DNA of 64,000 nucleotides from Candidatus Taylorbacteria bacterium RIFCSPHIGHO2_01_FULL_51_15 (GTDB lineage: Bacteria; Patescibacteriota; Minisyncoccia; Phycocordibacterales; UBA10002). The notes beneath the pieces are model-generated. The model saw only the letters and a list, made by a program, of their open reading frames with translations. It was not told where the DNA came from and did no database searches. Numbering within the stretch: position 1 is the stretch's first letter; every line of letters starts with the position of its first letter. Position numbers and translations under genes: made by a program. The stretch spans positions 2,734-66,733 of the forward strand of contig MHRI01000030.1 in assembly GCA_001820935.1 (NCBI GenBank), read 5' to 3'. Positions 9,091-16,824 of this stretch are shown piece after piece.

Positions 9091-10659
9091 GTGACATTTC
9101 GCGCTCGGACAAGTTTACCTCCACACTTTTTGTCCCAGAGTATGCCCATTAGGCGGTGCCCCCGTCTTCTCTGTTCACGTGCCAGTTTACCTGCGTGCGT
9201 TGCGCCAATCTTTAATTTTTTGTTTCTTGTCGGGATCTTACTTTCAATTCCGCATCCGACGCTACTCCGCGCTGAGGTACAGAAATTTGTTTTTGTATCG
9301 CCTCCCCAGACTGTTCCCCCCGGCGCCGTATCGGAGAAGATAACGTTGCAGTCGCAGGACGGAGCCGGAAATGAGTTCAAGGTCTCCGGCACGACGTGCG
9401 TGGCGCTCTCTTCCACGCCTTCCGGAGGAGAGTTTTCTTCGAGTGACGCCAATTGGTCTTTAGTGTCGGTGCTTACCATGGCCAAGAATTCCGCGAACCG
9501 GAATTTCCATTACAAAAATCCCGCGGCCGGTACCTACACGATCAAGGCAACTGTAGCTCTAAGGCCGGAAGGCGAAGAACGCTCTTGCCCAAGTTGGCCG
9601 CTCGCGGAATGGTCCTCCGGCTTCGAAGCGACACAGAGCATCACGATCGGCGGAACTGTAGAGAATGCGTCGAGTACTCCACCATCTGGAAATGCGGCGG
9701 AAGAGGGGGGCAGTGAAGCGGCTCCTCCTTCGCCACCGGCCACGCAAGGCAGCAACACGGTGAGTTACAAACCGCAGATCTCTGTGAGCGCTCTTGTGCC
9801 CTCTAGGGGGATCGTTGGTGCCCCCGTGCTGTTTGACGCGACCGCGATCGGGCTGAAGAAAGAACCTCTCATGAGTGCCCGCTACACATGGAGCTTTGGC
9901 GATGGCGGCTTTGGCGAGGGAAAGAAGATAGTGCACACCTATCACTATCCAGCCGTCTATGTGGTTATGGTTGATGCCTCCTCCGGAGAGTGGAGCGCGT
10001 CAGACCGAAAAGAAATTGTGATTGCACAGCCGGAACTTCGTATCTCGACCGTAAAGGAAGGAGGCGACGGATTCATCGAACTCCGGAATGGCGGCGCGGA
10101 TGAGGTTGATCTCTCGAATTGGCAACTTCGAAGCGGCACGCGCACCTTCTCTATTCCGGAAGGAACACGCATCGGAGCGCAAAAGGCCGTTCCTTTCCCA
10201 GCCCTGATTACGAACATCTCGGCCGATTCCCGAAGTACCACGCTTCTTTATCCGAACGGAGATACAGTTACAAAGTACGAAGAAAGGCCGGCGGCGCCCC
10301 CACCGGCACCTGTCAAAAAGGCGGAGGAGCAAGCGACGCAGACGGGAGCGGCAAAAAAAGAAACGTTGCGTAAAGAGACGATACCTCCTTCGCCACCGGT
10401 TCCACCCGCTGATGAAGACGCTCGTTCTCTTCCGCCCGAGCTTTCTCCTACAGCTTCGAGCACACCCCTTTCACAGGTACGTGAGCTTATCGGAGCCGCA
10501 GGAGCAAGCCAAACCGTTGGCGCAATGCCGTGGCTGCTCGCGCTAGGACTTTTCCTCGCGGTCTCGATCGGCGGGTACATCATGATGCTTCGGCCGAAGA
10601 AAGAAGAAAGCGCGGCAGAGAAACTGCAGAAAGAAGCGGCGGAATTTGAAATTGAATAG
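9091..10659 (+). CDS. Cell-surface protein with a PKD domain and lamin-tail domain (LTD), Pro/Ala-rich stalk and C-terminal TM anchor
   Basis: PKD-like 'YTWSFGDGGFGEGKKIVHTYHYPAVYVVMV'. LTD-like 'ELRISTVKEGGDGFIELRNGGADEVDLSNWQLRSG'. C-terminal 'PWLLALGLFLAVSIGGYIMML'. The true start may be ATG 9142. Confidence 0.6.
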   Translation: MTFRARTSLPPHFLSQSMPIRRCPRLLCSRASLPACVAPIFNFLFLVGILLSIPHPTLLRAEVQKFVFVSPPQTVPPGAVSEKITLQSQDGAGNEFKVSGTTCVALSSTPSGGEFSSSDANWSLVSVLTMAKNSANRNFHYKNPAAGTYTIKATVALRPEGEERSCPSWPLAEWSSGFEATQSITIGGTVENASSTPPSGNAAEEGGSEAAPPSPPATQGSNTVSYKPQISVSALVPSRGIVGAPVLFDATAIGLKKEPLMSARYTWSFGDGGFGEGKKIVHTYHYPAVYVVMVDASSGEWSASDRKEIVIAQPELRISTVKEGGDGFIELRNGGADEVDLSNWQLRSGTRTFSIPEGTRIGAQKAVPFPALITNISADSRSTTLLYPNGDTVTKYEERPAAPPPAPVKKAEEQATQTGAAKKETLRKETIPPSPPVPPADEDARSLPPELSPTASSTPLSQVRELIGAAGASQTVGAMPWLLALGLFLAVSIGGYIMMLRPKKEESAAEKLQKEAAEFEIE

Positions 10660-10755
10660 TAATTCATAGTCAGGAGTTTTTAAAACGCATCAAGCAGAGG
10701 TAAAAAAGATCCTGACTTTATAAGACCTTACGGACTTTATAGACTTTACAAACTT

Positions 10756-11979
10756 ATGAAGGTTTTAATTTTCAGCACCGCCTATCTGCCGTTTGTTGGC
10801 GGAGCGGAGCTTGCGATCAAAGAAATCACCGACCGCCTTGGTTCTCCTTTCCCCCTCTTTAGAGGGGGGATTCTGGGGGGTGCTTCCTTCGACCTCATCA
10901 CACTTAATCTTGATGGAAAACAAAAACCGGAGGAGCGAATCGGGAATGTGAACGTTATCCGCCTATCGTGCTCCAAACTCTTCTTTCCTATTCTTGCGCG
11001 CGAACGCGCCACAAAACTTCACTCCCGGAGATCATATACTCACGTCTGGTCAATCATGGCGTCCTATGGAGGTTTTGCGGGTCTCTTTTTCAAACGGCGG
11101 TTTCGGGGTGTCCCCTTTATTTTAACCCTTCAAGAAGGCGACTCTCTTTCTCATATTTACAGGCGAGCATTTCTTGCGTGGCCTCTTTTCAGACAGATCT
11201 TTACACGCGCCGATCGCATTACCGCGATTTCAAACTATTTGGCCGATTGGGCGAGAAAAATGGGAGCGAAGGGCGACATTCGTATCATATCGAATGGAGT
11301 GAATATAAAGAATTTCGAATTTCGAATTTCGAATATCGAAAAAGAAGAAATAAGAAAGAAATTAGGAATACAAAAGGAAGATAAAGTTGTGATTACGACA
11401 TCCAGACTCGTGGAGAAAAACGGAGTCGGCCACCTTATTGAATCTCTGCGGTATCTCCCGGAAAATGTGAAATTACTCATCCTCGGAACAGGCTCTCTTG
11501 AACCTGATTTAAAGCTAAAAGCTAAAAGCTATCAGCTAGAAGCTCGCGTGAAATTTGTCGGTTTCGTGCCGCACAATGAACTTCCACCCTTTCTTCATGC
11601 TGCCGATGTCTTCGTCCGACCGTCCCGTTCGGAAGGAATGGGGAGTTCATTTATAGAAGCTATGGCCGCCGGTCTTCCTGTCGTTGCGACACCGGTCGGC
11701 GGCATTCCGGACTTTCTCGCCGCGCCCCTTCCGGGCTCCGAAGAGGAAACGCATCTATTCTCTAATTCTCACGAATTAGAGAATAGATGGGGAGGGAATA
11801 TGACGGGGGTGTTTGTGAAAGTAGGGGATCCGAGAGATATCGCGGAAAAGATTAAATGCTTGTTGTCGAATGACGAACTCCGAAATAGGATCATCGCAAA
11901 CGCCTCGAAGATGGTGAAAGAAAAGTATGAGTGGGATGGGATTGTAGAGAGGATGAAAGAGGTATTTGACAAAATATAG
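10756..11979 (+). CDS. Glycosyltransferase family 4, with an in-frame palindromic insertion and a heptamer repeat
   Basis: 'MKVLIFSTAYLPFVGGAELAIKEITDRL' GT4 N-terminus. C-terminal 'RPSRSEGMGSSFIEAMAAGLPVVATPVGGIPDFL' EX7E-type motif. Confidence 0.8.
   Translation: MKVLIFSTAYLPFVGGAELAIKEITDRLGSPFPLFRGGILGGASFDLITLNLDGKQKPEERIGNVNVIRLSCSKLFFPILARERATKLHSRRSYTHVWSIMASYGGFAGLFFKRRFRGVPFILTLQEGDSLSHIYRRAFLAWPLFRQIFTRADRITAISNYLADWARKMGAKGDIRIISNGVNIKNFEFRISNIEKEEIRKKLGIQKEDKVVITTSRLVEKNGVGHLIESLRYLPENVKLLILGTGSLEPDLKLKAKSYQLEARVKFVGFVPHNELPPFLHAADVFVRPSRSEGMGSSFIEAMAAGLPVVATPVGGIPDFLAAPLPGSEEETHLFSNSHELENRWGGNMTGVFVKVGDPRDIAEKIKCLLSNDELRNRIIANASKMVKEKYEWDGIVERMKEVFDKI
10840..10885. repeat. GC-rich palindromic element inserted in frame into the GT4 gene
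   Basis: 'CCCCCTC-TTTA-GAGGGGG' hairpin (10851-10869). Encodes the extra 'GSPFPLFRGGILGGAS' between conserved GT4 N-terminal segments. Confidence 0.6.
11310..11337. repeat. Heptanucleotide tandem repeat (GAATTTC)x3 plus GAATATC inside the GT4 ORF
   Basis: Direct reading of 'gaatttcgaatttcgaatttcgaatatc'. Encodes 'NFEFRISNIE' in the inter-domain linker. Confidence 0.8.
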
Positions 11980-12086
11980 ACAGACTGTAGCATAGCACTA
12001 TGCAGAAGCAGAACGTGATGAGTGTTGTACCGCCCACGGCCGCCCTTTGATCGGGTTGGTCCTTTCTTCGTAACTCTACACTTAGA

Positions 12087-12118
12087 AAACCGCCCCGATC
12101 ACGGGGGCGGTTTTATGT
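12087..12118 (+). terminator. Rho-independent terminator
   Basis: 'AAAACCGCCCC-gatcac-GGGGGCGGTTTTAT'. Confidence 0.75.
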
Positions 12119-12245
12119 TGCAAAGCAACATAAAACAATCAAAAGTTCGTGCTTGCTTTGTTGTCGGTTTGAGAAGAAATTCGCAAATCGACTTCAGAAC
12201 GAGTGTTCTGAATCCGTTCTTTTTGGCTCTTTTCCAACTGAATAT

Positions 12246-13010
12246 ATGTCTACACCACGAACCGTCGTCATCAAAGTTGGCACCGACGTCCTCAAGGACC
12301 TCTTCGCGTTCAGTCTCATCGCTCGCCAGATCGCAGAGCTCAAACGCACCGGGGTCGGTGCCATACTTGTTTCTTCAGGTGGCGTCATCGCGGGAAGTGA
12401 TTACCTCACTTTTATTGGAGGTGATCCCTATGCTTACCAGAAACGCGTGCTCGCGAGCATCGGCGCTCGGTCATTACTCAATCGTTGGGGGGAGGCCTTT
12501 GCCCTTGATCGTCTTGCCGTAGCCCAGTTTTATATCACGTACGGAAACCTGCGCTTTCGCGGGGAGAGGGAAAGCATCCGCTCTGCCTTACGCAAACTCG
12601 CATTCGATACTCTCGTTGTCCCGCTTGTGAATGAAAACGACATCGTCTCGGGAGTGGAGATCAGTAAGATGGCTCAGGGACTTGGCGACAATGATCGGCT
12701 CGCTCGCATTATCGCCAATCTTGTGCGAGCAACAGGCATTGCGTTCGTTACCGTGCGGGGTGGAGTCTATACTGCGAATCCCGATTCCGACGCTTCCGCA
12801 ACACTCCTTCCGTACATAGATGCGAGTCGGCAGTTTCGCGGAGGACGCCACAATGCGGGCACTTCTCGAAATGGCGTAGGAGGGATGGGGTCGAAAGTGC
12901 GCCAAGCATCCATTTGCGCTCGAAAGGGGATGGAAGCGGGAATTATTGGCCCTTCCGATATTATCCAGTTCTTTGATGGCAGGGGTGTGGGAACGAAGGT
13001 CGCCGTCTGA
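12246..13010 (+). CDS. Amino-acid-kinase-fold protein (glutamate-5-kinase/UMP-kinase-like)
   Basis: 'TVVIKVGTDVL' N-terminal nucleotide-binding motif. 'LVVPLVNENDIVS' segment. Start taken at ATG 12246, after the terminator and intergenic region. Confidence 0.5.
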   Translation: MSTPRTVVIKVGTDVLKDLFAFSLIARQIAELKRTGVGAILVSSGGVIAGSDYLTFIGGDPYAYQKRVLASIGARSLLNRWGEAFALDRLAVAQFYITYGNLRFRGERESIRSALRKLAFDTLVVPLVNENDIVSGVEISKMAQGLGDNDRLARIIANLVRATGIAFVTVRGGVYTANPDSDASATLLPYIDASRQFRGGRHNAGTSRNGVGGMGSKVRQASICARKGMEAGIIGPSDIIQFFDGRGVGTKVAV

Positions 13011-13024
13011 TTCTTTCGACTCTG

Positions 13025-13055
13025 CGGGCCGTCCTAACGGACGGCCCTTTTATTT
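13025..13055 (+). terminator. Rho-independent terminator
   Basis: 'GGGCCGTCC-taac-GGACGGCCC' followed by 'TTTTATTTT'. Confidence 0.75.
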
Positions 13056-13171
13056 TAGACACAACTTGTCTCAAATCTATTCATATGAACAGATTTGAGA
13101 CATGACATGGTCAGTATGATGGTCCGTATGGCTGCTAACAGACCGATACTTTTCTCTGTTATCATAGGACT

Positions 13172-14206
13172 ATGCGGATTTTGATAGCAACAGGCATTTA
13201 TCCACCTGACATTGGTGGACCGGCGCAATACGCGCTCGGGGTGGAAGAGGTGTGGCAAAAAGCGGGTCACGAGGTGAAGGTGCTTAGCTTTAGATTCGAG
13301 AGAAGACTTCCGACCGGGATTCGACATGTGTATTATTTTCTTCGCGTCCTTTTCTCGCTTCCCGGAGTGGATTTTGTGTTTTCGCCCGACACCTTCAGCG
13401 CCGCTCTTCCGGCTCTTCTCGCGAGTACACTTTTGGGAAAGAAACTCATCATTCGTACCGGCGGAGATTTCCTGTGGGAATGGTATGTGGAGCGGACGGG
13501 AGATCTCGTTCTCCTTAGAGATTTTTATTCGACACGACTCTTGAGGTTAAATAGAAAAGAGCGAATTATTTTTTCCTTGCTCCGATTTCTGTTTCGTCAC
13601 GCCGACGCTATCATCTTCAGCACTGCTTGGCAGAGAGATATTTTCACAAAACCGTACGGTCTCAACGCGGCGCGCTGTCACATTGTTGAAAATTACTACG
13701 GCCCAGAGGAACGAAAAGTGTATTCCAATGTTCCACAACACATTGGAATACACAAAAAAATCTTTGTCGGCGGGACGCGCCCGCTGAAGTGGAAAAATAT
13801 CCCTCGTGTTGAAGAAGCATTCAAAACGCTACAAAGTAAGGGGTTACCGGTTTCCCTGGCGCTCCAGATCGGAAGTCGAGGGCAGTTTCTACTCGATATC
13901 CAGTCGAGCTATGCCGTCATCATCGCTTCACTTGGAGATATTTCTCCGAACACTATTCTTGAGGCGATTCAGTTTGGAAAGCCTTTTATCCTCACTTTAG
14001 AAACCGGACTCTACCCGAAGCTCAAAGACATCGGCGTGTGGGTTGACCCAGAAGATGTGGGTGATATAGCCGCCAAGGTTGCGTGGCTTGCGGATGATCA
14101 AAACTATGAAGCGCAATGTAAAAAAATAGCGGCGTTTGCGTTTACGCACAGCTGGGAAGATATTGCCAATGAGATCTTAACTATCCATGCGAATCTTAAA
14201 TCTTAG
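13172..14206 (+). CDS. Glycosyltransferase family 4
   Basis: 'MRILIATGIYPPDIGGPAQYA' GT4 N-terminus. 344 aa. Confidence 0.75.
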   Translation: MRILIATGIYPPDIGGPAQYALGVEEVWQKAGHEVKVLSFRFERRLPTGIRHVYYFLRVLFSLPGVDFVFSPDTFSAALPALLASTLLGKKLIIRTGGDFLWEWYVERTGDLVLLRDFYSTRLLRLNRKERIIFSLLRFLFRHADAIIFSTAWQRDIFTKPYGLNAARCHIVENYYGPEERKVYSNVPQHIGIHKKIFVGGTRPLKWKNIPRVEEAFKTLQSKGLPVSLALQIGSRGQFLLDIQSSYAVIIASLGDISPNTILEAIQFGKPFILTLETGLYPKLKDIGVWVDPEDVGDIAAKVAWLADDQNYEAQCKKIAAFAFTHSWEDIANEILTIHANLKS

Positions 14207-15362
14207 TCTGGACAGGGAAATAATTGAAAAGGGTTCCGCCGTGCGACAGCGGCTCATTTTGCTTGCGGAGAAAGTTGGGGAAATAGTGGTGTTTGTTCCG
14301 GGAGAACGAGACGAGAAAGAAGAAGTCTCGACCCATCTTACCGTGTATTCGTTTGCCGGACCGAGAGTGGCGCAACTCTGGAAGATGTGGAAGAAGGGAA
14401 AGGAGCCCCTGTCTGGAAGTTCCTCCTTTCCTAAAGGAGGCGGCGAGTTTTCGAGCCGGAGGATTTTAAATCCCTCCTCCGACTCGGAAGTCGGAGTGCT
14501 CCCTTTAGGAAAGGGAGAATTAAGAGTATTCGAATTGATCACCGTGCAAGATCCGCATTTTCTCGGACTCTTTGGCGTCCTCCTCGCAAAGAAATATCGC
14601 GTGCCGCTTGAAGTACAAGTGCATGGGTTTGAAAAGTCTTCGGGTCTTCGGAAAAGACTTGCGAGGTTTGTATTGGAAAGGGCCGATACAGTCCGCGCTG
14701 TCAGCAATCGACTGAAAGAGCATCTTCACTCCATATTCCATATTCCATATTCCATACTCTATACTTTGCCAGTGTACGCGCAAACCGCCCCTCCACAAAA
14801 AGTAATCAAACGGAAAACGGTCCCGTATCCGTTCACCTTTCTTACCGTCGGGAGACTTGTTCCCGTAAAAAATATTGACCTACAGATTCGGGCGTTCGCG
14901 CGCTTGGTAAAGGAGGTACCGCACATCCGGCTTAGGATTGTAGGAGAAGGACCTCTCGCCGACAGTCTAAAGTCCAAGGTCGAAAGTCTAACGTTGGAGA
15001 AAAGCATCATCTTTGAGGGGTATAGGCGTGATCTCCGAAGATATTATGAAGAAGCGGATGCCTTTCTTCTCACGTCCGACTGCGAAGGGTGGGGGCGGGT
15101 CGTGCTTGAAGCCGCCGCGTATCGCCTCCCCATCATTATGACCGATGTCGGACTCGCGCGGGAAGTCATCAAGAATGAAGAAAGCGGATTCATCATTCCC
15201 GTCGGCGATGAGCGAGAGCTCATGCTCGCGATGAAGGAACTTCTTGATAAGCCACAGCTTCGGGAACGGCTTGGCGAGGGAGCCTTTCGAGCGTTCAAAG
15301 CGCTCCCAAGTAGAGAAGCATATATAGAGAAACAAGTTGAGGAGTGGAGGAGTTTGATATAA
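14187..15362 (+). CDS. Glycosyltransferase family 4, with a ~39-aa in-frame palindromic insertion and a heptamer repeat
   Basis: C-terminal 'LTSDCEGWGRVVLEAAAYRLPIIMTDVGLAREVI' GT4 motif. Overlaps the upstream gene by 20 nt. Confidence 0.8.
   Translation: MRILNLSLDREIIEKGSAVRQRLILLAEKVGEIVVFVPGERDEKEEVSTHLTVYSFAGPRVAQLWKMWKKGKEPLSGSSSFPKGGGEFSSRRILNPSSDSEVGVLPLGKGELRVFELITVQDPHFLGLFGVLLAKKYRVPLEVQVHGFEKSSGLRKRLARFVLERADTVRAVSNRLKEHLHSIFHIPYSILYTLPVYAQTAPPQKVIKRKTVPYPFTFLTVGRLVPVKNIDLQIRAFARLVKEVPHIRLRIVGEGPLADSLKSKVESLTLEKSIIFEGYRRDLRRYYEEADAFLLTSDCEGWGRVVLEAAAYRLPIIMTDVGLAREVIKNEESGFIIPVGDERELMLAMKELLDKPQLRERLGEGAFRAFKALPSREAYIEKQVEEWRSLI
14420..14525. repeat. GC-rich multi-hairpin palindromic element inserted in frame into the GT4 gene
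   Basis: Hairpins at 14422-14440 (CCTCCTTT/AAAGGAGG), 14477-14496 (CTCCGAC/GTCGGAG) and 14499-14517 (CTCCCTTT/AAAGGGAG). The 3' half is near-identical to the intergenic copy at 3313-3368. Confidence 0.75.
14732..14759. repeat. Heptanucleotide tandem repeat (CATATTC)x3 plus CATACTC inside the GT4 ORF
   Basis: Direct reading of 'catattccatattccatattccatactc'. Encodes 'HSIFHIPYSILY' in the inter-domain linker. Confidence 0.8.
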
Positions 15363-15363
15363 G

Positions 15364-16335
15364 ATGAACGGCATTATGAAAAGAAAGCACGGGGGAATTA
15401 AATCCCCTTTCGCCACTCCCACCACCCCGCCTGGAAGACTCGGCACCCCTCCTCAGGCAGGAGGGGAGACTGACAAACCCCTTATCGGATTCATTGGGCA
15501 GGGGTTCATCGGGAAGCATTACGCCGATGACTTTGAGCGGCGCGGCTACAATGTAGTTCGGTACGCCCGCGGCCGGAAGTTTGCAGAGAATAAAAACAAA
15601 CTCAAGCTGTGCGATATTGTTTTTATTGCGGTTCCCACGCCCTCAACCCCAAAAGGGTTTGACTACTCCGTCGTGAAGTCAGTGCTTCCGCTTGTCGGAA
15701 AGGGAAAGATTGCCGTGATTAAATCCACAATTCTCCCCGGTACAACGGAAGCTCTGCAGAAATTCTATCCCGACATATATCTATTCCATTCACCTGAATT
15801 TCTGCGCGAAGCAACGGCCGCACATGATGCGGCACATCCCGACCGTAATATCATCGGCATGACTAAGGGGACGCCGGAGTATGCAGAGCGGGCGGAGCGT
15901 GTGCTTTCTGTGCTTCCGAAAGCGCCGTTTGAGCGCATTATGCACGTGCGAGATGCGGAGCTTGTGAAGTATGGAGGAAATTGTTTTTTGTACACAAAAG
16001 TGCTTTTTTCCAATCTTTTTTATGATGTTGCGAAACGGTGTGGACATGACTGGGAAGCAGTCAAGGAAGCAGTCGCCGCAGATCCACGTATCGGACCCTC
16101 TCATATGGAGCCGCTGCATACAAGTGGGCACGGGGGGAAGCCTGGGCGGGGCGCGGGAGGGCACTGCTTTATCAAGGATTTTGCCGCTTTCACGCGCCTC
16201 TACGCAAAAGTAGCGCATGATGCATCCGGACTTAGTCTACTTCGAGCACTTGAATCCCATAACAACAAACTCCTTTTGGGGAGTGGCAAAGACCTCGAAC
16301 TTCTTCTGGGAGTGTATGGCAAGAGAAGTCTGTAA
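15364..16335 (+). CDS. Nucleotide-sugar dehydrogenase family protein (UDP-glucose/GDP-mannose dehydrogenase-like, short form) with an in-frame N-terminal palindromic insertion
   Basis: Rossmann 'IGFIGQGFIGKHYA'. Catalytic-Cys context 'GGHCFIKD' (compare 'GGSCFPKD'). Only ~323 aa, so it appears to lack most of the C-terminal UDP-binding domain. Confidence 0.55.
   Translation: MNGIMKRKHGGIKSPFATPTTPPGRLGTPPQAGGETDKPLIGFIGQGFIGKHYADDFERRGYNVVRYARGRKFAENKNKLKLCDIVFIAVPTPSTPKGFDYSVVKSVLPLVGKGKIAVIKSTILPGTTEALQKFYPDIYLFHSPEFLREATAAHDAAHPDRNIIGMTKGTPEYAERAERVLSVLPKAPFERIMHVRDAELVKYGGNCFLYTKVLFSNLFYDVAKRCGHDWEAVKEAVAADPRIGPSHMEPLHTSGHGGKPGRGAGGHCFIKDFAAFTRLYAKVAHDASGLSLLRALESHNNKLLLGSGKDLELLLGVYGKRSL
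15388..15470. repeat. GC-rich palindromic element inserted in frame near the 5' end of the dehydrogenase-like gene
   Basis: 'GGGGA-attaaa-TCCCC' and 'CCCCTCC-TCAGGCA-GGAGGGG' (15446-15466). Encodes 'KSPFATPTTPPGRLGTPPQAGGETD', which precedes the Rossmann motif. Confidence 0.6.
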
Positions 16336-16338
16336 TCT

Positions 16339-16824
16339 ATGCTTCGTTCTTTGCAACAATGGGAAGAAACATTCGTCAGTTTCGCTGAAAAGCATGTTCC
16401 TTGGTGCGCACCTCACGCGCGCAAGTATCAGCGCCTGTTTCGATACCTCGCCTCGGGAGGCACCGCAGCCGCGGTTGACCTCCTGGCACTCTACATAGGC
16501 ACCGATCTTTTACACATTCACTACCTTATCTCGGCGGCACTCGCCTTCATCGTCGCATTCTTCGTGAGCTTCATGCTCCAGAAGTTCTGGACCTTTCAAG
16601 ACCACTCGATTGAAAGAGTGCGTCTGCAAATGACGCTGTATTTCCTCGTTGCGGGGGGGAACCTCGCTCTCAACACGCTTCTCATGTATTTTTTTGTCGA
16701 AAAACTGCATCTCTGGTACCTCCTCGCGCAGGTGGTTGCCTCCGGCCTTATCGCGTTTGAGAGTTTTTTCATCTCTCGGTATCTTTTTAGAGGCAACAAA
16801 GACACATCGGGCATCTTGCTATGA
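16339..16824 (+). CDS. GtrA family membrane protein (polysaccharide synthesis/flippase-associated)
   Basis: 'LFRYLASGGTAAAVDLLALYIGTDLL' followed by 'FMLQKFWTF', typical of GtrA-like proteins. 4 TM helices. Confidence 0.7.
   Translation: MLRSLQQWEETFVSFAEKHVPWCAPHARKYQRLFRYLASGGTAAAVDLLALYIGTDLLHIHYLISAALAFIVAFFVSFMLQKFWTFQDHSIERVRLQMTLYFLVAGGNLALNTLLMYFFVEKLHLWYLLAQVVASGLIAFESFFISRYLFRGNKDTSGILL

Noticed and set aside
12022-12522. ORF 12022..12522 (166 aa) and ORF 12153 start
   Set aside because: Spans the upstream terminator hairpin and overlaps the kinase-like gene in another frame. The kinase start was set at ATG 12246.
11310-14759. CRISPR array or larger VNTR at the heptamer repeats
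   Set aside because: Only 3-4 units of 7 nt, with no spacer-repeat architecture. No CRISPR-like arrays seen anywhere in the window.
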